From positions 1 to 59,423 of the IMG/VR virus record IMGVR_UViG_3300044723_010080: a DNA stretch of 59,423 bases; one strand, 5' to 3'. Below the pieces are notes generated by a model. That model was not told the DNA's origin and made no database searches. It saw only the letters and a list, made by a program, of their open reading frames with translations. The translations under genes were made by a program, and so were the position numbers. Positions 19,657 to 31,600 of the stretch are shown here, piece after piece (position 1 is the first letter of the stretch; every line of letters begins with the position of its first letter). The DNA is from a virus. Taxonomy: Duplodnaviria > Caudoviricetes.

Positions 19657-22600
19657 ATGGCCAAATGTAACAACAACATAACTGTTGCGAGTCTCCCTAC
19701 ATGTGACAATGTGAACGAGAATGATTATCTCATCGTGTATAATAATGATAGTACATGTAAAGTTAAGTTCTCAGATTTTGTTTTTGGTGCAGAGAATCTT
19801 GATTTTTATCCAGATCTCGAAGAATTGATTTTAAATGTTGAATCGTTGAATAGTGTTGTTATACCTGGTTCAGCAAATTGGAACAGTGTTTACACAACAG
19901 TTCAATTGAATTCAGCTGGTTGGGAATCTCTAGCAGATGGAGATGTGCCTACCTTACTGCAACAAGTCAGAGAAAATGGTGGAAGATGGGATGATGTTGC
20001 TTCAACAGTGAGTAACACTAGTGGTTCATGGGACAGTACCACAGCATTAGTAAATCAAAAATATAGTACTTGGGATCGGGTGGCTATTGAGTTTGACTCA
20101 AGTAAAGACAATTGGGATTCAGCTTACAACGCAACAAGAGACGGTATACAAGCGATATACGAAGCTCTCGCGATGATCGAGACACAGCCATGGTATGAGT
20201 ATCTAACAATCAATACAGGTGATGGTGATGGTGATGGTACAGGTATTGGTGGAGTTAATTATGCAGCATTTCATTCACTGTATACAACTGTTGAACTCAA
20301 CAGCGCGAGCTGGGAGGAGAGCTTTGAAATATCAACACTTTCAGCGCGAGTAGATGATCTAGAACAAACCATAATGGATGGATATCCATTCCTGTCATTA
20401 CAAGGTGGTACGGTCACAGGTCGTGTCAATATATCAGATGATTTGTATGTTACAGGTGATATTCGCGCGACTGGTGATCTATATGTTAATAAGAATAGTA
20501 TTGTCTTCTCAGACGATCAAACATGGAGCAGTGATGACGCGACACATAGTAAACAAGTGTTCAACAACTACTCTGAGTTGAGTGCTGCTTTTGAAGCCAC
20601 AACAAATCTTGTCAATGAAAATAATGCTACCTGGGAACAAGCGAGTAACACGGTTTTAGAAAATGAAATACGCTGGAACAGTGCATATGAGAGAATACAG
20701 AGTTCAGCGAGTAGTTGGGATCAAGCGGTAAGTTCTGTAAATGCCAACAGAGATGATTGGTCATGGGCTTATAACACAGTCACAACAAGTAAAATAGCAT
20801 GGGATCAAGCTGCTGACAAAATAAATGCATCTGAAGATGAGTGGGATTACGCTTACCGTGCAGTATTATCTGGATCAATAAATTGGAACAACACAAGCAA
20901 TGTTGTGACAGATAATGCAGATGATTGGACCGACACACATGATATTGTTGTAGCCAAGCAATCAGATTGGGATCAGGCATACAACATTGTTGTGGCCAAC
21001 AGTAACAGTTGGAATGACGTAACAACACGTGTCTCATCAGATGCTAGCAAATGGGATCAAATATACACAATAGTCACAGCGAATAGCGCTAAATGGAGTG
21101 ACCAACCAGACGTCACATTATTAACAGGATTGTTGGCCAAACAAACATTTTGGGATCAAGCATACACAATAGTCACAGCAAACAGCGCTGATTGGTCAGA
21201 TCAACCTGATGTGACATCATTGTTAACCAAACAAGCGTTTTGGGATCAAACATACACGATAGTAACAGCGAACAGCTCATATTGGAGTGATTCGATAAGA
21301 CAATTACAAGTCGATATAGATGACTTAACTGTAGAAGTCGGTGACGTTGCAACAATCGTCAGAACCAATAGTGCTGAGTGGTTCTCTCCTCCAGAATTAA
21401 CAGCTATTGTTAGTACTGGAAGCGCGAACTGGAATCAAACATACAGCTGGATGTTATCTGATAGTCCTACAAATAATACCACATACAATCAGAGCACATT
21501 TGTGAATGTGTCAGGAGACGCAATGACCGGCAGTTTGAGTGTTGATGCGGATGTATCAGTACACGACAATCTAAAAATTTACGAAGGTAAAATAATATTT
21601 GGTGATGGTCAAGTGTTTCATGGTGTAGTACATGACCCTCTCGCTACAGAAGAATTAACAAAACAAAACGTTAAAGATTTCAAAAGTGTTTACAATGTTG
21701 TTCATAACAACAGTGGTGATTGGTTCTCACCACCTGAACTAACCGCGTTGATTGAAGACACACACAGTGTAGTGTCGATGAACAGCGCTAGTTGGGAAGA
21801 AAGTCACGAAATCGAACAATTCGCTAGCTACATACGTGGCGTGAGTGGTGGATGGGAAGACACACACAACTGGGTGGAGCAAACCAGCGCTACAAACAAT
21901 CCAACATACAATCAAGCAACTTTTGTAAACGTGTCTGGTGACACTATGACAGGTGATTTGAATGTTGATGCTAATGTTAATATACATGATGATATCAATC
22001 TAGTTGAAGGTAGTATAATATTCGGAGACGGTCAATATTTTCATGGTGTGACACACGATCCAGCTGCAATTGAAGAACTGAACAAGCAGCACGTTAGAGA
22101 TTTTAAAGATGTACAGTCTGTTGTGTCTACCAACAGTGGTGACTGGTTCTCACCACCAGAACTAACAGCGCTTGTCAATGCAACCCATCTGACAGTTAAT
22201 ACAAACAGTGGTAGTTGGAGTGATGCATACAACACACTATCAACCGCTAGCGCTGAATGGGATGTCGCGTACAGTTATGTCACGACCGAGAGTGCCACAA
22301 ACAACACAGCATACAACAGATCAACTTTTGTAAATGTGTCTGGAGACACAATGACAGGACCTTTATGTGCTGAACAGAACATACACATATTGGATGGAGA
22401 TCTGGTATTTGGTGATGACGGTGTGGCACACGGTCATGAGCATACCCCGGGTGAGATTGAAGTGCTATCCAAACAAGATTTACGAAATCTCAAGGGTGTG
22501 TACAGTACAGTATTTATAAATAGTGGCAACTGGTTCACACCACCTGAAATCATAACATTACTCAACTCTAGTAGTGCAAATTGGAACTATGCATATGATA

Positions 22601-25600
22601 CTGTTGTAGCACGTGAAGAGGACTGGGATGCAACAGCACAACGCGTTGAACTATCCGGTGATCATTGGGACCATGCTCACACTATAGTGCTTGTCAACAG
22701 CGCCAACTGGAATGCGACATATAGTAGAGTTTACACATCCGGTGACAACTGGGATTCAACGTATCACCGAGTTGATCAATCAGCTGACAACTGGGATCAA
22801 ACACATACAGATGTTGAAGCAAGTAAGGGTAGATGGACAGCCGCTGCTAGTTGGGTAGAGTCAGAGAGTGCAACAAACAACAGCGATTACAACAGAACAA
22901 CTTTTGTGAATGTGACTGGTGACACAATCACCGGTGATCTTGATGTGAATGGTAGATTACATGCAGCCAGTGACTTGAACATAACTGCAGGTAGTTTGTT
23001 GTTTGGTGATGGTGATTGGGATCATGATATTTATCACGCGCCAGAAAATCTTGAAAGTCTATCTAAACAAGATGTAAGGAACTTCAAGAACGTTTACACA
23101 GATGTAAGTGAAACTAGTGCTAATTGGAATAGCACATACAGCTGGATTCAAACTGACAGTGCAACCAACAACAGTGATTACAACAGAACAACATTTGTAA
23201 ATGTTACCGGTGACACCATAACCGGTGATCTAGATATCACAGGTAAAATAACAAGTAACGAGGCATACTTCACCAGCATCACAGCTGTTAGCAGCTTTGT
23301 TGATGTGATCGACATCAAGGTACGTGAGCTCAGCGGATATGATATCATCGACGGAGATTTGAGTGTTGACGGTGATGTTAGTGCCCAGAGCAATTTATAT
23401 GTAACAGATGGTAGGATCACGTTTGGTGATAATCATTTAGCACATGGTTTTGAGCATGCACCAGAAGAAATTGAACATCTAACCAAGCATGATGTGCGTG
23501 ATTTCAAAAGCACATACAGCACAGTTTACACAAACAGTGCGGATTGGGTAGACTCAATGTCCCTCGTCCGAAGCTCTAGTGCAAACTGGGAGAGTGCATA
23601 TAACAGTGTATTAACAACCAGTGCCGACTGGAACAGCACACGTAACAGTGTCAACACAACCAGTGCCAATTGGGATAGTGTTTACACAGATGTTAGTGTC
23701 AACAGTGCAGATTGGAACAGCACACATGCAAGTGTGTTAACGACAAGTGCTAATTGGAACAATGTTTACACAGATGTAAGCGTCAACAGCGCGGATTGGA
23801 ACAGTACGAGACTTAGTGTCAACACAACCAGTGCCAATTGGAACAATGTTTACACTGATGTCAGCGAGACAAGCGGTGATTGGAACAGCACACGTTTGAG
23901 TGTCAATAGTACAAGTGCCGAGTGGAACAGTGTGTATAGTTTTGTTAACACTGACAGTGCAACCAACAACAGTGATTACAACAGAACCACATATGTAAAC
24001 ACATCCGGAGACACAATCACCGGTGATCTGGATATAACAGGTCATGTTGAGATTACAGAGAGAATCGGCTTAGGGGATGACTTGAATTTAACTACTGGAA
24101 ATATTTTGTTTGGTGATGGTGATTGGGATCATGGTATTTATCACGCGCCAGAAAATCTTGAGAGTTTAACCAAGCAAGATGTAAGGAACTTCAAGAATGT
24201 TTACACAGATGTTAGTGAAACAAGCGCTGAGTGGAACAGTGTGTATAGTTTTGTCAACGCTGATAGTGCCACTAACAACAGCGATTACAACAGAACCACA
24301 TTTGTAAACACATCCGGTGACACCATAACTGGTGATTTGGACATCACAGGTCATCTATCTGGTACAACAGCTGTATTCACCAGCATAACTGCATTGAGTA
24401 GTTTTGTTGATGTTATTGACATCAAGGTTAGAGAGCTCAGCGGCTATGACATCATTGATGGAGATTTGAGTGTTGGTGGTGATGTAAGTGCGGAGAATGA
24501 TCTGTATGTGACTGACGGTAAAATAACTTTTGGTGACAATCACTTGGCACATGGTTTTGAGCATGCTCCGGAGGAGATTGAACACCTCACCAAGCACGAT
24601 GTACGTGACTTCAAAAGCACACGTTTGAGTGTTTACTCAACAAGTGCGGATTGGAACAGCACACGCAACAGTGTTTATGGAGCTAGTGCCAATTGGAACA
24701 ATGTTTACACAGATGTGAGTGTAAACAGCGCGGATTGGAACAGTACAAGACTCAGTGTCAACACAACCAGTGCCAATTGGAACAATGTATATACTGATGT
24801 AAGTGAAACAAGCGGTGATTGGAACAGCACACGCAACAGTGTCAACACAACCAGTGCCAATTGGGATAATGTTTACACTGATGTAAGTGAAACCAGCGCT
24901 AGTTGGGACAGTGTATACAATTTTGTCAACGCTGATAGCGCTACTAACAACAGTGATTACAACAGAACAACATTTGTAAACACATCCGGTGACACCATAA
25001 CTGGTGATCTTGACATCACAGGTAAACTCACAGGTAATGAAGCGTACTTCACGAGTATAACAGCTGTTAGTAGTTTTGTTGATGTAATTGACATCAAGGT
25101 ACGTGAGCTCAGCGGATATGATATCATCGACGGAGATTTGAGTGTTGGTGGCAAAACAACAATTGATACAGATTTGTTTATTACACACGGTGACATAACA
25201 TTTGGAGATAGTGGATTGGCGCACGAACATGAACATACACCTGAAGAAATCGAGCATCTCACAAAGTATGACGTTAGAGATTTCAAGAGTACACGTCTAA
25301 GCGTTTACACAACAAGTGGTGACTGGGACAGCACACATGCAAGTGTGTTTGATACTAGCGCCAGCTGGGACAGTGTTTATAGTTTTGTCAACACCGATAG
25401 TGCTACAAACAACAGTGATTACAACAGAACTACTTTTGTTAATGTTACAGGTGATCTGATGACCGGTCCGTTGAGTAGCACAGACAATATACATGTTCTA
25501 GAAGGTAAAATAATATTTGGTGATGATGGGTTCACACATGGTCATGACCACACACCAGAGGATTTAGAAGATTTCACCAAGCGCGATTTAAGAGATTTCA

Positions 25601-28600
25601 AAAGCACATACACAAGCGTGTATGACACTAGTGCCAACTGGGACAGTGTGCATGCTAGTGTGTTAGCAACAAGCGGTGATTGGGACAGCACACATACAAG
25701 CGTGTATGACACTAGTGCCAACTGGGACAGTGTGCATGCGAGTGTACTTGCAACAAGCACAAATTGGGACAATGTTTACACAGATGTTAGTGAAACAAGT
25801 GCCGAGTGGGACAGTGTGTATAGTTTTGTCAACGCTGACAGTGCAACCAACAACAGTGATTACAACAGAACCACATTTGTCAACGTAACTGGTGACACCA
25901 TAACCGGTGATCTTGACATTCAAGGTCATTTAACTGGTACAACAGCTGTTTTCACGAGTATAACAGCTTTGAGTAGTGTTGTTGACGTTATTGATATCAA
26001 AGCTAGAGAGCTAAGCGGGTATGATATTATTGATGGTAATTTGAGTGTTGATGGTGATGTCAGCGTGCAAAATGACCTATATATAACTGATGGTCGTCTA
26101 ACATTTGGTGATAATCATATGGTGCACGGGTTTGCTCATGCACCGGAAGAGATTGAAGATCTTACCAAGTATGATGTGCGTGATTTCAAAAGCACACGAT
26201 TGAGTGTATATACAACTAGCGGGAATTGGGACAGTGTACATGCTAGTGTGTTGACAACCAGTAGCAATTGGGACAGTGTTTACAACTGGGTTCATGCTGA
26301 CAGTGCAACCAACAACAGCGATTACAACAGAACCACATATGTTAATGTCTCTGGTGACTTGATGACCGGTCCGTTGAGCTCAACTGACAATATACATTTG
26401 CTGGAAGGGGAGCTTGTTTTTGGTGATGATGGGTTCACACATGGACATGACCACACACCGGAAGATATTGAAAGATTCACAAAACGTGATCTTAAAGATT
26501 TCAAAAGCACATATACTAGTGTATATGACACTAGTGCCAACTGGGATAGTGTGCACGCTAGCGTGTTAGCAACAAGTGCAGAGTGGGACAGTGTGTATAG
26601 TTTTGTCAACACTGACAGTGCCACCAACAACAGCGATTACAACAGAACCACATATGTCAATGTTACAGGTGACACCATAACCGGTAGCTTGAGTGTTGTA
26701 GAAAATTTTGATGTAGATGGTAATACAAGACTTAGAGGAGACTTAATTGTTGACGGTGATGTTTGGTTCACAGCTGGGAATCAAGGTGGTAAAGTCACAA
26801 TAAACCTCGGTGATAATGATACAGATAATATTGTATTTAACGCAGATGTAGATAGTAATATCGCGCCTGATAAGGACGTGACATACACTCTAGGTACCAC
26901 AGCAAACCAATGGAAGACATTACATGTGCAAGATGTTGAGGCATCTAATGATATAACAGCTGATAATAATTTATATATAACACACGGGGATTTGATATTT
27001 GGTGACAGTGGTTACGATCATGGACATGAACACACCCCGGAAGAAGTTGAACATCTGAACAAGTTTGATGTTAGAAACTTCAAGAGCACACATCTAAGTG
27101 TGTTTAATACAAGCGCCAATTGGGACAATGTTTACACTGATGTGAGTGTCAACAGTGCTGATTGGAACAGCACCCGTAACAGTGTACATGCTACTAGCGC
27201 TAGTTGGGATAGTGTGTATAGTTTTGTCAACGCTGATAGTGCTACTAACAACAGTGATTACAACAGGACAACATATGTCAATGTGACAGGTGACACAATA
27301 ACTGGTCACTTGAATGTTTCAGACAGAGTCGAGTTATCAAACGACTTGAATTTATTGACCGGTAGTGTTTTGTTTGGTGATGGTGATTGGGAACATGATA
27401 GTTACCATGCTTCAGAAAATCTTGAGAGTTTAACCAAACAAGATGTAAAGAATTTTAAGAATGTTTACACAGATGTAAGCGAGACAAGTGCCAGTTGGGA
27501 CAGTGTGTATAGTTTTGTCAACGCTGATAGTGCTACTAACAACAGTGATTACAACAGAACTACTTTTGTTAATGTTACAGGTGACACCATAACTGGTGAT
27601 CTGGATATAACTGGTAAGATCACGAGTAACGAGGCTTACTTCACCAGCTTGACAGCAGTTAGTAGCTTTGTTGACGTTATTGATATTAAAGTCCGGGAGC
27701 TCAGCGGATATGACATCATTGACGGAGATCTTAGTGTTGGTGGTGATGTAAGTGCTGAGAACAATTTATATGTAACGGACGGTAAGATCACATTTGGTGA
27801 CAATCACTTGGCGCATGGCTTTGTACATGCACCAGAAGAAATTGAACATCTAACCAAATATGACGTAAGAGATTTCAAGAGCACATACAGCACAGTATAT
27901 ACAAACAGTGCACGTTGGGGACAGGCATATACATTCCTGAATCAGAACAGTGCTAATTGGGAGAGTACATATCAAAGTGTGTTGACTACAAGTGCCAACT
28001 GGGACAATGTTTACACAGATGTTAGTGTCAACAGTGCCGATTGGATGAGTACATACGCGAGTGTGTATAACACCAGCGGCAATTGGGACAGTACGCATGC
28101 GAGTGTGTTAGCCAATAGTGCTAATTGGGATAGTGTGTACAGTTGGGTCAAAGCGGACAGCGCCACCAACAACAGCGCATATAATGAAACAACATATGTT
28201 AATGTGGCCGGCGACACCATAACAGGTAGTCTAGAAGTACAACAAGAGATTATAACCATGAACATCAACTCCGGTGCACCGGAAAATCGATTGTTGTTGT
28301 TAGGAGGTTCTCAATGGGACAATGGAGCAAGAATCGAATTGTACGGTGCAAACAACTCTAACAGTGTACTTGATGGACGTGTACATATACACAGCAACGA
28401 TCTGTTCGTTGGAGATGTCTATGATGCTGTTGATGGAAACGCTCCATGGATGTTTCGAATAAATGTTGATCAGGAACAAGTGATGATTGGTGGTCTCAAT
28501 CCAATTGATGATAGTATGTTATCAATACACGGCAAGACAACTATTGATGGTGATACAAAAATCACCGGGGATGTCACAACTAGCAACGTTGTGTTTAATG

Positions 28601-31600
28601 GTACTGGCGCGTCGGAAACATTAACCAAACAAGATGTAAAGAATTTTAAAAATGTTTATACAGATGTTAGTGTCAACAGCGCGGATTGGAACAGCACACG
28701 CAACAGTGTTTATGGAGCTAGCGCCAATTGGAACAATGTTTACACAGATGTTAGTGTCAACAGCGCGGATTGGAACAGCACACGCAACAGTGTTTATGGA
28801 GCTAGCGCCAATTGGAACAATGTTTACACAGATGTAAGCGAGACAAGTGCCAGTTGGGACAGCGTGTATAGTTTTGTCAACGCTGATAGTGCTACTAACA
28901 ACAGTGATTACAACAGAACCACATACGTAAATACATCAGGTGACACAATAACCGGTGATTTGGACATCACAGGTAAAATCACGAGCAATGAAGCATATTT
29001 CACCAGCTTGACAGCTGTGAGCAGCTTTGTAGATGTTATTGACATCAAGGTACGTGAACTGAGTGGCTATGATATCATCGACGGAGATTTGAGTGTTGGT
29101 GGTGATGTAAGTGCGGAAAATAATTTATATGTAACGGACGGAAAAATAACGTTTGGTGATAATCATTTAGCACATGGTTTTGTACATGCGCCAGAAGAAA
29201 TTGAACATCTTACCAAGCATGATGTGCGTGATTTCAAGAGCACATACAGCACAGTGTACACAAACAGTGCGTTATGGACGTCCAGTTTTGATCAAGTAAG
29301 AGCATTGAGTGCTAATTGGGAAAGTACATACATAACCATGTTAACCAACAGCGGTAACTGGTTCAACACACATTTGACAGTTAATGAACTCAGTGCTAAT
29401 TGGAACAGTACATACGCGAGTGTGTATAGTACCAGCGGCAATTGGGACAGTACGCATGCGAGTGTGTTAGCCAATAGTGCTAATTGGGATAGTGTGTACA
29501 GTTGGGTCAAAGCGGACAGCGCCACCAACAACAGCGCATATAATCATGCTACATACGTTGATATTACAGGTGATGTGATGACAGGTGGTCTTGAAGTGCA
29601 GCAAGGTATAGTCACACAAATGATCCGATCTAACGACCCAACTAAAAAATTGGGGTTATATGGAGGTTCAGGTGTAGATGATGGAGCTAGGATAGAGATA
29701 CTAGGAGGTAATCAAGGCAATAGTAGTAACGACAACAGAATACAATTACATGCAGATGATATTTTTGTTGGTGATGTTTTTGATCCAATAGACAACAACA
29801 ATCCTTGGGTGTTCAGAATTAAAGTTGACGATCAAAATATTGTCATTGGTGGTTTAAATCCAATTGATAATAGTGTTTTAACAGTACACGGATACACAAC
29901 AATCGATGGTGATGCACGTGTTACAGGTAATATCAAAGTTGGTGACATAACGTTCAATGGTACAGGAGAGATTGAAAACTTGACCAAACTAGATGTACGC
30001 AATTTCAAAAGCACATACACCAGCGTGTATGATACAAGTGCCAATTGGGATAGCGTGCATGCAAGCGTGTTGGCTACCAGTGCCGATTGGAACAGTACAT
30101 ACACCAGTGTATATGAAACAAGCGCGCTGTGGGACAGTGTTTATAATAGTGTTTTTGAAACAAGCGGAGATTGGAACAGCACACGAACAAGTGTATTTGA
30201 AACGAGTGCTGATTGGAATAGTACACGTACCAGTGTTTTTGAAACAAGCGGAGATTGGAACAGCACACGAACAAGTGTATTTGAAACGAGTGCTGATTGG
30301 AATAGTGTGTATAATTGGGTTCAAGCTGATAGTGCCACTAACAACAGTGATTACAACAGAACCACATACGTTAATGTAACCGGCGACGCAATCACAGGTG
30401 ACTTGGATATTTCAAATCGTGTGTCAGCGTATGAAGGTTATTTTACTAGTTTGACAGCCGTGAGCAGTTTTGTAGATGTTATCGACATCAAAGTACGTGA
30501 ACTGAGTGGTTATGATATTATCGATGGTGATTTACGAGTTGATGGAGACACAACAGTTGATAGATTGTTGTTAGGAGAAGATAAAGATCCGTTGACAGAA
30601 TTCACTGGCGGTCAAACACTCAACATAACAAATGATGATGATAGTAGAGTGTCTAGCAAATACAAATATACACACGCTGTTAACGTTTATGGCACTAGCA
30701 ACTTTTTGATAAATGGTGTTGAGTTCCAGGCCGAGACACAAGGTTACGGATCCAACTGGTCAATATCAGATTCAACCGGTAACGCGTTGCATTTAGAAAC
30801 AACATCTGTATCAGGTTATGTTGGTGAGATGCTAGCAGACAATCATAGATACATTGTTGACACACAAACAATAACATTGTCAGGTCTTGCGACCGGTAGA
30901 AAATATGCATTCACCATGTATAACCAAGCTTGGTCGACAGACAATGTACCTAAACGTGCTTTGATATCAAGTGACAGTGACACATCAATTGTACCGGTTG
31001 ATCAAAATGAGTTTGTTGGTTCGACCGATGGTCAAATTGTTGAATATGTTTTTGTAGCTCATGACGATGTTGTTACAATATCAATCACACCAGATCCAGA
31101 CTCATCTTGGAATTTATATGCGTTTAGTAATCGGGAGGTTTGGAGTTATGGTACTGAAACATTAACAAGCTTAGATGTATCAAATTTTAAAAGTACATAC
31201 ACAAGCGTGTACGAAACAAGTGCTAGCTGGGACAGTGTGTATAGTTTTGTCAACGCTGATAGTGCTACTAACAACAGTGATTACAACAGAACGACATATG
31301 TTAATGTCTCTGGGGACACAATAACAGGAAGTCTGAGCGTGCAACAAGACATAACGATTGATGGTACAACCATGTTGAGTGGTGAGATGTTCATCGACGG
31401 ACATGCCACATTCAACAACGGTGTCACAGCGGAAAACAATGTGTACATCAAGGGTGATCTGAGAGTTGATGGTAATGTTTGGTTGTTGGCTGGGGTTGGT
31501 GATGTTATAAATGTAGGTGAGAGTGCAGATGATGTTGTTGTATTTCAAGCACCTGTTGATAGTGGTATTGTACCTTTTGAGACCGGTGTGCACAATCTAG

